From Chara braunii (Eukaryota > Plantae > Charophyceae): a stretch of 47,786 nt of DNA. This document shows positions 1 through 11,631 of this stretch, in pieces. A program made the position numbers and the translations under genes. The stretch is taken from positions 4,097,567-4,145,352 of the forward strand of contig BFEA01000023.1 of the NCBI GenBank assembly GCA_003427395.1, read 5' to 3'. The notes under the pieces were generated by a model that saw nothing but the letters and a program-made list of their open reading frames with translations, had not been told where the DNA came from and did not search any database. The number at the start of each line of letters is the position of its first letter. Within the stretch, counting starts at the first letter, position 1.

Positions 1-191
1 CACCTGTCACCCACCCACTTGGGTGACCCAGGCCTAATGTTGACCCACCTGTCACCCACCCAGGCTGCTTGGCCTTGACCCGCCCTCATCCCACCCAGGT
101 CACCTTATCAAGACCCGCACCTGACCCAATGTCCTCGTGGGTGGGGTGGGTGCAGGTGGGTGCGGGTCTGGGTACCCGGTGCTCATCTCTG
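1..191. mobile_element. End of a hAT-like non-autonomous element (truncated by the window edge)
   Basis: Ends ...gggtacccggtgctcatctctg (reverse complement CAGAGATGAGCACCGGGTACCC), with repeated subterminal ACCC/GGGT motifs like those of plant hAT MITEs. Confidence 0.45.
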
Positions 192-207
192 CACCGCCTT
201 TGCTTTA

Positions 208-328
208 GCGCCTCGCTCCACTACTTCGACATGCCCAAAAGACAAAAATCATGGTGAGGTATCATCCCATGTTCTAGCGGAAGATTCACTCTCGTTTTAC
301 ACATGTCGAGAGCAGTGGAGCGAGGCCC
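208..328. mobile_element. MITE with TIR GGCCTCGCTCCACTACTCTCGACATG (Harbinger/Tourist-like); other copies at 42675-42802, 43442-43567, ~43700-43870
   Basis: Terminal inverted repeats are visible and near-identical copies recur elsewhere in the window. Superfamily inferred only from GGG/GGC termini. Confidence 0.7.
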
Positions 329-377
329 TCACTTTCTGCACCCGAAGCAGCACAATCGAGTTGACAGCCCAATCCAA

Positions 378-560
378 TGGGACTTGGAATCTTGCTGGTA
401 CCATCACTACTTTACGCAGCTTTTTCATCGCCGCGCATACATGAAGGCCTTGGAATCTTGGAACCTTGCTGGGACTTGGAATCTTGCTGGGACTTGGAAT
501 CTTGGGACTTGGAATCTTGCTGGTACCAATCCAATGGGACTTGGAATCTTGCTGGGACTT
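378..560 (+). repeat. 18-bp minisatellite (GGGACTTGGAATCTTGCT)
   Basis: About 7 copies of the unit, one isolated at ~380 and the rest tandem; gives a spurious GTWNLA peptide repeat. Confidence 0.85.
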
Positions 561-2226
561 TAAAACCCAGCTTCACATGCTTCAAATCTTGAACTGGTAA
601 AAAACAGGAAAGAGCCGACTCCTACGCCATGCTTTCTGGGCCCGGACATAGCACCAGTGGGCCTGGCCCTCACCTACCATCTTCCCCCAAACATAATGAA
701 CGAATACAAGGTCTGTTTCCGGCTCGGTACAGTCAACACGAGGGTGCGTTGTGATTTCCAGGGAAAGACGGTAGTGCTACTGGGTAGGGCAACCTCACAG
801 GAGCGGTCTCCGGGAGGGTGAACCATCATAGATTCGCTAACTGTGAGCAGATTCCGCTTGGTACCAAAGATGCTACCTTCTTCCCCCGAGCATAACGCAC
901 CCTGATAATGGCTAGATACAAGGTATCTTTCCGGCCCCGTGCAGCCACAATGAGGGTGCAATGTGTTCAGGGGAAATACGGTAGTGTGATTGAGTATGCC
1001 CTGAGGGCAGGACGGCAAAAACCTCCTCCCCGAGGGAAGAAGTGCATCATTGCAAACACACCTTTTTTTGCTTGGCCTTTCTTCCCGCCTGAAAGCCTGA
1101 CACCAACATAAAGACGGATCCATCCGTGCGTGCGTTTAATGGCGTACGTCGGCGGGTCATCCTTGTTTTCCCAGGGAGGCCACAGGCATCTCAAAACCTT
1201 GTTTCTCCGGTTTGGCCCTAGTGTCACCTCAGCCAGCCATTTGTTCCCCAACTCCCTTGCCAGGAACAACAAGCATTTGATAGAAAGGGGAAGAGAGGGG
1301 GGGGGGGAGAAAGGGTGCTGTAGGGAAATAGCCCGTTGATGTACAAAACCGCTCCAGTAAAAGGCTACACCTAATGTGCAGTTGGGAATGCACCTAGTGT
1401 GCAGCTGGAAATGCACCTAATCTGCACGTGCATCCAGGTGGGCGCTGACCAAGCTAGTTGTTGCATTTGCAGTCTGACTGCATTTTAACCGGAGACAGGT
1501 TGGCTATGTACTTCTCACCCAGGAAAACAAGAACAAGAGGGAGAGGAACAAAACTCACCAGTGCTGCCACTGCGGAGGTATGTACGAGTGCCATTTGGCT
1601 GACATTTAAATTCCTCCATACATCCTCCTCGCCTTCCACGCTTGCGTCTTCATTGCCAGGTGAGTCTGAACCTGGACAGAACGAGGAATAATTTTGCCCT
1701 CCTTACCACTGATAGACCCCAGTTTGCAGCAGCAGGGACTTCGTTCACCCAACTGAAAATCGCAACTTTTTAGTGGATCCGGCAGCCTTAGCAGCTCAGC
1801 CGCATTCCTTATACACTGCTTCTGATTTTGCTCCCAAACCATCCCATTGCCCGCCCAGATTAGAAGATGCTTGAATACCCCCCCCCCCCCCCCCCAAGTG
1901 GTTACCAGCTGCCACACCGGCATATGTGGGGGCTGAGGATGGGCCCATGGGTGGCTCAGCAGTGGCCTGGACAGCCCACGGGAGAAAGAAAAAACAAATA
2001 AACAAACAAATTACAGCGGCTGATGTGTTCGATTGGATCACCAAGGCTGCTTGTCAGCCCATCGGTGTCCTGGCATCAGCCTCCACTAGCCACGAAAACA
2101 GAACAGAAAAAACAAAGACTGGAAGCTTTTGTGCGCGGTTGGATCACAATCATCTTGGTCGACAATGCAAAGCGGGCGCCCGGACCTGAAAAAGTCCCTA
2201 GAAGACTAGAACAGCCAGTTCGTTAA

Positions 2227-2369
2227 ACCACCAGTCTCAGAAAGAAATAGAGTAGAAAGTTACTAGAAACGTTTCTAGTTGGATGAACTTGGGCGCTCCT
2301 GTAGTGGCCCGTACGTTTCCTAAAATCGTGGCACGTTAACTGGGCACGACTCTAGGAAGTACTGGTGGT
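2227..2369. mobile_element. TTAA-flanked MITE (TIR ACCACCAGTACT)
   Basis: TTAA at 2223-2226 and 2370-2373; it is the reverse-complement homologue of 12315-12465 and 23098-23248. Confidence 0.8.
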
Positions 2370-2951
2370 TTAAAACTGACTACTTTATTTACCGTTTACC
2401 GTAATTGTTTGTGCTTGAAAGTGGAAGATTTCTGCTGTATTCTTCATGACTTTCTCTGTGTTTAGGGAGGGTGGTGTCTACTGTAGGCAGCACCCTCCCA
2501 AAACACAAAGGAAGTCGCAAAGAACACAGCAAAAATCATTTATTTTCAACAACAACTAATTTCGTTAAACAAAACAAAAATGGCGGTGCCAGTCTGCCAG
2601 ATAAACTACGGCGCAGTCGGGTTTCGAGTTTGAAAACGCCCGTCACGCAAACAACCTGAAGGTTTCGAATCTTTACAAGCTAAGGTTTCGGGTCCGGTAG
2701 GGTCACATGGGGGTGTGTTATGTTCAGGGGAATGCCTGAACTGCATTTTCAAACTGTTTTCCGCGAGTGCACTATAGTTCCCCGTTCACGAAAGCATGCA
2801 CGGGGTTGATTGCAGTTTACATACAAGTAGTATTTTCTAATTTTTCTTATAATTTATTTCACAAGTAAACGAGCCGCAGCAGGGCGAACATACGTAATTG
2901 AAGAAGTGAATTCTCGGTCAGAACGAGAATGAACACAGAAATGTATGAAGT

Positions 2952-3601
2952 NNNNNNNNNNNNNNNNNNNNNNNNNNNNNNNNNNNNNNNNNNNNNNNNN
3001 NNNNNNNNNNNNNNNNNNNNNNNNNNNNNNNNNNNNNNNNNNNNNNNNNNNNNNNNNNNNNNNNNNNNNNNNNNNNNNNNNNNNNNNNNNNNNNNNNNNN
3101 NNNNNNNNNNNNNNNNNNNNNNNNNNNNNNNNNNNNNNNNNNNNNNNNNNNNNNNNNNNNNNNNNNNNNNNNNNNNNNNNNNNNNNNNNNNNNNNNNNNN
3201 NNNNNNNNNNNNNNNNNNNNNNNNNNNNNNNNNNNNNNNNNNNNNNNNNNNNNNNNNNNNNNNNNNNNNNNNNNNNNNNNNNNNNNNNNNNNNNNNNNNN
3301 NNNNNNNNNNNNNNNNNNNNNNNNNNNNNNNNNNNNNNNNNNNNNNNNNNNNNNNNNNNNNNNNNNNNNNNNNNNNNNNNNNNNNNNNNNNNNNNNNNNN
3401 NNNNNNNNNNNNNNNNNNNNNNNNNNNNNNNNNNNNNNNNNNNNNNNNNNNNNNNNNNNNNNNNNNNNNNNNNNNNNNNNNNNNNNNNNNNNNNNNNNNN
3501 NNNNNNNNNNNNNNNNNNNNNNNNNNNNNNNNNNNNNNNNNNNNNNNNNNNNNNNNNNNNNNNNNNNNNNNNNNNNNNNNNNNNNNNNNNNNNNNNNNNN
3601 N
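2952..3601. other. Assembly gap (650 N) followed by (CA)n at 3602-3636
   Basis: N run seen directly. Confidence 1.
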
Positions 3602-3638
<37 letters not shown>

Positions 3639-5415
3639 AGTAGTGTATATTTCGATGTTCTAGCGGAAGATTCATTCGATTTTCCTCATTCCATCGATGG
3701 AAGTAGCGTCAGGCCAGTTGCAATTTTTGACTTTTACAGTTGGCATGTACTCTGCATCCATGAATATCTCCATGAATATTTATTCCAGACTTTTGCCGAA
3801 GAGCAAAAGGTTGCCCGAGTGGGGACACTAAAAAACTGTGGCCATGTACCTGATCAGATGATAACTTTGAATGTTGAATGAATCAGACGGATGCAAACAT
3901 TTTTGTTCCCCTGCCCTGGACCCCCCCCACGTTAGATGCTCTTTAACTTTAAGTTGTCATTACTCACAACAAATACAAACGTCGTCGAGCACTTTTTAAA
4001 CAAACAACCACGAGCTTTCCCAGACGACCTTACCCCACCACTACCTTTCCCAGACAATTCCCAGAATCGAAAATGTAACAATGAATGAACAGTGAGTGCT
4101 ACCTGAGGAACGCCGGTGGTGCCAGCCAAGACGAAAAAACTCTTTTCCCTCCGCTCCCATCGTCTTTCCTGCCCACTCTTCCGCCCATCTTGCCCAATGC
4201 AGTACGCATCCAATCAACAGGACAAGTCAGCAATCGGAAGCGCCATCTTTTCCCTCCGCTCCCATGTATTGCACAAGTCTACAAACCCTTTTGGTTCCCA
4301 CAAACTCTTTTGGTTCCAACAACATATAACTCGAGACATAGTAAACATCGACATCCACTCTGTGACTGCACGGTGCGACTTCTGCACAATTGGACTGACA
4401 TAACTCCTCTTAAACTCTCCCCCCCTCTGCGCCACAAACAGGGATTTCTGGTGACACTCGGAAATTAACAAACTCATCCATGATGTAGTACTCCTACCGG
4501 TAGTCAGTGTTGGGATCCCTACCTCTTCGGATCCCTACCTCTTGGGATCCCTATCCCTTGGGAAAAGGTCAAGGGTTCAAATCCACCACAATCTTGTCCT
4601 CAGCTCTCTCGTTTTGAAAAGACATCTACTCAGTGCCCGCCAAAACATTAGGCAGGCATAAATTCTTCGTGAGCTTCCAATAAAAAACATGAAACTCGCC
4701 AAGAAAGAACGTTCTGACCCCTCTTTCCGATCGTTCCCCACACCATCCCCCTTGAATAAGTCAACATACCTGAAATGATGAAATCCCATTCGGGTCTCTA
4801 ACCAGTTACGCTTCCACTTCTCCTCTCCTTCCTAGACTCGAGGTGAGACATGACATGCATGCACTAGTCTGCACTCTAGTCTCCCAAACCTGTCGTATAC
4901 AGTTGTGTCGTATACAGTTGTGGCAACACTCAACAGAAACAAACAAACAGTCAAACGGGCTACTTAACAACCCCCAACCCCCCCCCCCCCCCCCGCCCAA
5001 AAAAAAGCAACAAACGGGTTTGCGATGATTCAACGCGCTTCTCCGGAAGGGAAGACTTCCATTATCCCCCCCCCCACACAACTGAGGAGTTTCAGTTGTT
5101 CCATGTGCCTCTCCATGGCCCAAACTCTTGGTTAACGGTATAGCTGAGCTGTTTCCAGAACAAACCTCCCGACAGAACAAAACTCGTTGTTTCACCGTAT
5201 GTGATCATATGGACATACTCAGGGGTATACTCGCACTGGAACTTTCCGCAATGTACATGACCGCTTTTCCAACCCCGACTGGATGCACCTGACTGCAATT
5301 ACGTCCGCAGAGAACTAGAAAACATCCCAGCGTGCGAGTATGCATCTCCTCTCCTCTGCTCATGCAGGAAACGAAACAACGTTGATCATGTTTGTCCCCA
5401 TACGAAGTCTGTTCC

Positions 5416-5520
5416 CAGTCCCAGTCCCCAAAATTGGGACTCCTGCAGTTCCAAAAATTGGGTCTCCTGCAGTCCCAAAAATTGGGTCTCCTGCAGTCCC
5501 AAAAATTGGGACTCCTCCAG
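5416..5520 (+). repeat. 24-bp tandem repeat (TCCTGCAGTCCCAAAAATTGGGTC), ~4 copies
   Basis: Direct repeats seen directly. Confidence 0.85.
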
Positions 5521-6765
5521 CTACACCATTTGCTAGGTCCATCACACAGCACAGCACCACACCTCACCCCACACCAATTCCTGACCCCTCACCAATTCCT
5601 CCCTGGAAAGTCTGCGACCTGCTGCTGCCAGCGGTTGACTCAGTTGAGTGTCAACGAAGTGCTCACTGCCACACCCGTCCCGCTAACTTCGAGGCTCGAG
5701 CCGCACCGCTTCTGAGTGGTGTTTTTTTTTTTCACCCGACACGAACTTGCTGCTGCAGTCTATGAATCTTACCATTCCCAAATACCCATCCTCAGCTGCC
5801 TGAGGGGGTCATCTTTCACACCTGTCGCATAGCAATGAAATTGCCAGCCTGTTCAACTGGCAGCGATAATACTCGAGTCGGACCTGTCAGACCTGCTACC
5901 AACTTGAAATTGTTTTTCAAATCTTTCATGGCGGCCTGGAGTTCAAATGTCTTAACATATGACCAAATACCCATCCCATCCTTAACTGGCTGAGGGAGTC
6001 ATCTTTCACACCTCTGTCACCTACGTTACGGAACAGTGGAAGTTTGCCGGCCTGCTCAACTGCCGAAGATAATAGTCAAGTACTCTGAAAAGCTGTTGAT
6101 GGCAACTTCGTGATCAGAGCATGCAGAGCACTTTCAAGGCTTCTCTCTGGCTCGCAATATATACATAGATAGAAAACCTCAGCGCCCTCGTTCGCTGGGT
6201 GATGTCTGCAGTCCAGCATTGCAGACAATGGTGAGGACCACATGGGCACTCCCTGCCCCACAGAAGCAAGCACTAGGTAGTGTGGAGCAGGTTTGTAGTA
6301 CAGAAACTGCTCCCCCTGACTTCTACCAGAGTTCCCCGATATTGGCCGCGATATGTTTCACCTTACGCTGCCGCATGCCAATTTGTGGATGACATTCTTT
6401 TGCCAGTCCAGTCACCCACCCTCCTCCTCCCCAAGGACGTTGGCAACCGCAGGCGGGGATAATTTTTCCCAACTGGTCCTGGAACCCTACCCCAGTTGCA
6501 GTTGCGCTTCGTCGATCCTCACCAAAGAATAGTTTATTGTGACTCACAACACGATGTTGTGAAAGCTTAAGGTATGGTTGGTTGCACATCCACGTTCTTA
6601 TCCAGAATATCACACGCCTCCCGTGTTCTTCTCTTCCTTGTTCCCATGGCACTTGCCCACTGCTGCACTGCTTCTGTACGAGCACGAGGTTTCTTAAGAC
6701 ATTCTTGGTGGAGCGATAGTCATCGCAAAGTCGAAAAACAACGGTGCACTGTACAGAAATCCAGC

Positions 6766-7860
6766 CTAGGGGGCTTTGGGTGACAGATCGTTCTCGCTGC
6801 TTATATCCGATACCCCGGAGAGGGAGCGCTTATGCTCTACCCTCTTGGGCTGCATGTACGCAAGAGCGGCAAGACCGTCAGGCTGCACAACGGCAGCCAC
6901 AACTCGGGAATTGTTGCCCACCAATCGGACCCCCCTCGAGCAAGACCCAAACCCCCCCACTCCAATCCAGATACCCCTGGGTATTCCCAAACTGTAGGGG
7001 CTGTTGGTTCCTGCAAAGCCATACGAGGCCTCCCCCAACTCACTTTCCACCTCTAGCCTCACCGGTTCGTCCCCTGTGGCAGCGGAATTGGAATGCAGGG
7101 GGTTGAATGGGGCTGTGAAACCCTCTTCGTTTGCGGATCCCAAGCGAGACGAGGTGCCAAAACCCGGGCGTGAGAAGTCTGTCAATCCTGGTGGCCGCCT
7201 TCTAGATCTCGCAGCACGATGAACTCGGTGAATGATCACGGAAGCAATCGTACAGAAGACGACAGCGCTCAAGACTCCGCTGACCAGCCACAACGCTGTC
7301 TCAAGAGATCGTGTGTTTGGTTTCGAAGACAGTCTCTCGCAAGACGGACCAACGCAACTCACCGGAAACTGTCCTTCCTTCTGGTCCTCCTTGTGGTCCT
7401 GCTGTTGGGCCGTTCCATTCCCAGAAGAAGTCTCACTCAACATTCCTCCCTGCGACTCCTCTCCGGTTGTTTGGTTAATGCCGACACGAGGAACAATGCC
7501 AACGTTTGCTCCTATCCCTCCACGGCGAGCATTAATTATGGATGTTGGCTCCTGGACTGCTGTGCCATTCCATGCCATGTCAGAAATGACACGTCTCAAC
7601 AGGTCCACATGTGTAGACGCTGGCTGAACTCCATTAACGCCATGCAGGGCGGAAGTTAAATTAGCTTCTGATGCTTTTAAGTCCCCTGTAGCCGATCTTG
7701 TCAGACTCACTAAGACCTCAATCTGACGGGCAGCTCCACGAAATGTGAAAAAACATGCCGCAACTCTCAACCCAGTATTGTTGTGCTCCCCGAGTATCTC
7801 ATCCTCAAAATGAGTTTGATTAGAATTCAATTGGCACAGTGCATTTCCCACTTCCAACAC
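6766..7860 (-). CDS. Probable terminal exon of a single-pass (type I) membrane protein
   Basis: 364-codon open frame starting at an acceptor (cttcttgcag|GTG at 7861/7860). It has several N-x-S/T sequons, a hydrophobic segment [22 protein letters not shown], then a basic stop-transfer [12 protein letters not shown] and a ~150-aa tail. Confidence 0.65.
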   Translation of the reverse strand: MLEVGNALCQLNSNQTHFEDEILGEHNNTGLRVAACFFTFRGAARQIEVLVSLTRSATGDLKASEANLTSALHGVNGVQPASTHVDLLRRVISDMAWNGTAVQEPTSIINARRGGIGANVGIVPRVGINQTTGEESQGGMLSETSSGNGTAQQQDHKEDQKEGQFPVSCVGPSCERLSSKPNTRSLETALWLVSGVLSAVVFCTIASVIIHRVHRAARSRRRPPGLTDFSRPGFGTSSRLGSANEEGFTAPFNPLHSNSAATGDEPVRLEVESELGEASYGFAGTNSPYSLGIPRGIWIGVGGFGSCSRGVRLVGNNSRVVAAVVQPDGLAALAYMQPKRVEHKRSLSGVSDISSENDLSPKAP

Positions 7861-8241
7861 CTGCAAGAAGGACAAGACACAAAGCATGTCAAACCTGTGG
7901 AGGGCAAAAAAGTTGAAAAAAACAACCAACCAAAACAAAAGGGTGCAACAGAAAAACCGGTGGAGTGGAAACAAAGAGAAGAACCACCATCCATCAAGCA
8001 GGCTGGTCTGGCCTCACCTTACTTTTGACTATTTGATTGGGATCTCCTTTCTCAACTTTTCCCCTATGGTGGCTTGGGTTCTCCTTCCTCAAGTTCTTCC
8101 CTTGGATGCTCTCTGCCACATACGGCATCCTCTCTTTTTTTTTTTTTTGGAAACAGGACCTTAATTCTCGCTCCTTTTCCATTCTGCGGAGCATCAGTCC
8201 AGTTCCTATTCCACTGGCAAGTCGAAAGGTGTTACATAAGG

Positions 8242-8294
<53 letters not shown>

Positions 8295-11200
8295 ACACAC
8301 ACACTCTTCCCCTTTACAGTGGGGAAGCCTGAGCGATGGCCTTCATTACTTCCGGACAGAAGGATGTACCACCCCACACCCCTGCCTACGTTTGCTTGGT
8401 CCACTAAACTACGGCTCCTGTGTAGTTTGACTCGAGCACAGGTGATCTCGTGGCAATTGCTTGCTTGCCGTGGCTTTGTCTAGCCAGTTTCTCTCAGTTC
8501 CTTGACTGTCGGATTGTCTGTGAGCGCTGAAACGGCAGACATGGCCTTCTTTTCCCTCGTCATTCTGGGAAGAGTCAGTCCCGTTTCCTATTCCACCGGC
8601 AAGTCAAAGTACAATACAAACATACTCACACTTCCTCCCGTTTGCCTGACGGACCCCTGAATGCCATTGGTTGCCCCAGCGATGTGGGGGATTGACTGTC
8701 AGCTTGTCTTACGTTCTAGCTTTCCTCTCAAGTCCAACTCCTGACCCTGTCGTATATGTCATTAACGCAAGAAATGATTTAGACGAAGAATGATAATATT
8801 GACTCAGATCTTCCCAAATCCACTGCTTTTGGCCCTGAAAGTCTACATAACCTGTAGAGAAGCTCGTCCATCCGTTTGCTCCACCCGTTTGCTCCACATA
8901 TGAAGCCCTTAAAATCACTAAATCGCAAAACCATTGCCCACAGAAGTCCCTACACAAGGACTCGATAGTTCGCGATTTTGAAGGTCTGGAGTGACTATGC
9001 CCTCATTTTCCCACATACCTTACCTATGTGGGAGACTGCGTATACCGTTCCAGTTTGAATGGACGTCCTGAAGGATAGCGTGAATAGTACATGGCCCCAA
9101 GGCCCCCAACCAAGTCGATAATCCGATTGCGCCTCTACTAAAATTCGGAGGATCGGGACAGGGCATCCAAAGCCAGTATAAAAAGAAATTGTCCCATGCC
9201 ATGGGGTGGCACTAGGCCCAGCCCTGAACCAATCAAAAGAAAGAAATCCGCCTGCCCCCAGGCGGGCCCTGTCCCGAGTCCCCTAACTTTTCGGAGAGTC
9301 TCATTTTAATTCTTCAAATACTGGTGGTTTAGGGTTATGGTCACACTTCAAGACACTCATTTTTTCCCCACATACTATATCTGTTGCCGATTGTCTATAC
9401 CGTTCCAATTTTAATAGGCTTCCCAACGGACAATGTGAAGATTTATCGTCATGGTCGCAGCTCAAAATTTAAAGGCAGTAGCATGCACTGTCCGTCTTTC
9501 AGCCAACCCATGCCGCCGCCCATCCTGGTGTGATATTAATTGAGGGAAAAAACGTCAAAAAACTTTTTTTTCAGAAAAGCAAAAATAGTATTGGAAGACT
9601 AACAACTACTTGTCCTCCAGGACATTTGTAATAATTGGAACGCTACAGAGAAGGGTAATTACAGATTAGCAAATCGCCCCTGTGCAAGGATGACACGCAT
9701 AAATCGAGAAATGTCTGAAACGGTCTTTTTAAAAAAAAGACTTCCTACTAGTTCCTAGTAGTTCCTATGATTTACTACTTGCCTCGTCAATATGCTTGGG
9801 AGAAGTGATAGACTGAGCTGCCGCATCCACATCACCGAGTCTTACGATAGACTCCAGCCCCCATCGGAGAAGCCAGGCTCGTGAGCGATCAGCAAGGTCC
9901 TTGAGATATGAGACCCGTTGAACATTCCCCGTCTCATCCGCCATCAACCCCCCAACACCGTCCCCGGTGCTGCTCACGTTCTCATCGCTCTTGATTGATG
10001 GCACCCTGATTGCCCGTAAGCGACTCTCAATGGACTGCAAGTCTTCGTCTGATGTGAGAGTCGCTGCGCTCATCTGCTTCAGAGCAACACTGTCTGAAAC
10101 GTTGAGATCTAGTACTCTCCTCAGTAGAGCTGCGAGCACAGACAACGACCAACATTACCACGGCAGTTCATGCCATGAAGTCTCATCATAACCGCTCAGC
10201 CATGGATACATTGCATATATGAAGAATAGATATAGGTACAATAAGAAAAGCTGTTTATAATGTCGATGAATTGCAAGAAAAAGTATAGTGAAAGATATAC
10301 AATATGATAGTCAGAACACCGACTGGCGGCAGTGGCACACAGCGCAGAACAGCAGAACAGCAGAACAGCAGAACACAGAACAGAACAGAAAAGCACAGCA
10401 CGGAATAAGACAGCTTAGCAAGAACCTGCATCGAAGTGCAACAGCACAAGAAGCGCTACAGCCGCTGGCAGCACAAAGCACAGCACAGCACAGCACAATA
10501 CGGCGGCAGAGCTCACTTGACGAGAACGAGATAACATAGAAGACGAACGCCTGGTATGTTTGCAACTCTGCACAAAGTTACAAACACAACCACACGACAG
10601 TCAGAGTCCGCATAGAGCCTGCAAAAGAAGCTGGGTGTGCCAGCCTTTGCACTACGTGGCACGATCCAGAGTAACAGCACAAGGCAATAAGCAACACAAA
10701 CCGGAGCACACAGCATAGAGAGTCATCGAGCACACAGAAGTTAAAGAACGGCCCAGCTCAACAGAGCACAATGAACACACCAGCCCACGGCAAAGAACAA
10801 ATACAGCCACACCCAGTGCAGCAGTAAGCACAACAAATAGGTAACGTCAGGTAGCACACTAGCCAGCATGAGACTTCCAAAAAAAAAAAAAAAAAAAAAA
10901 AAAAAACAATGAAGTGAAGGTCAAGGCCCCACCCACCCAACCACATGCTGCCAGGGGACGTCAATTTTTTTCAGAGTTCAAACACGTCCATCCATGATCA
11001 CACTTCCACACTCGGTTGAGATACAATCAGACTCGATTGCATCTTCATATAAAACTAGAAACAGGCTGAAAAGTTAGGATACAATAGTTTATGAAACCAG
11101 GATACAGTACAACAAAGCAATAGAGAACGGGGCGAAATTCACATTTCCATCATGAGCCGAGTCCTGGTCCCAGAGTCCCCATGGTTCCAGTCCCAAGAAC

Positions 11201-11471
11201 AGGAGCCAAACCAGCAGGCCCAGCGGCCCGAATGCTGATGCACGCCTGGCAGGTCATTAGAAGTCCTGGGGTGGTGGAAGTTCCGTACACCGGTCCCTGA
11301 AAGTCTTCGTCAAATTTTGGCAGCAGCATCCAAGGCAGACCCAGAGACATCCAGAACCTGGTAATTGCGGCTGACAGGCCGTGGAGGCCGTTGCTGGTCT
11401 GGACCCGATAAATATTGTCCAATGGGCTGGTAGCCTGGTACTTGAGCAGCAGCTGCCGGGTGTGGTTGACA

Positions 11472-11528
<57 letters not shown>

Positions 11529-11568
11529 NNNNNNNNNNNNNNNNNNNNNNNNNNNNNNNNNNNNNNNN

Positions 11569-11631
<63 letters not shown>

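Noticed and set aside
2854-3675. Long ORFs of 230-270 aa
   Set aside because: Artefacts of the 650-N gap and the (CA)n tract.
6076-6765. Continuation of a kinase domain downstream of the G-loop-like motif
   Set aside because: No HRD, DFG or APE-type motifs found in the frames I read.
10330-10500. Cys/Leu- or Gln-rich short ORFs
   Set aside because: Produced by degenerate (CAGCA/CAGAA)n pentamer repeats, also seen at ~13060-13100 and 13310-13390.
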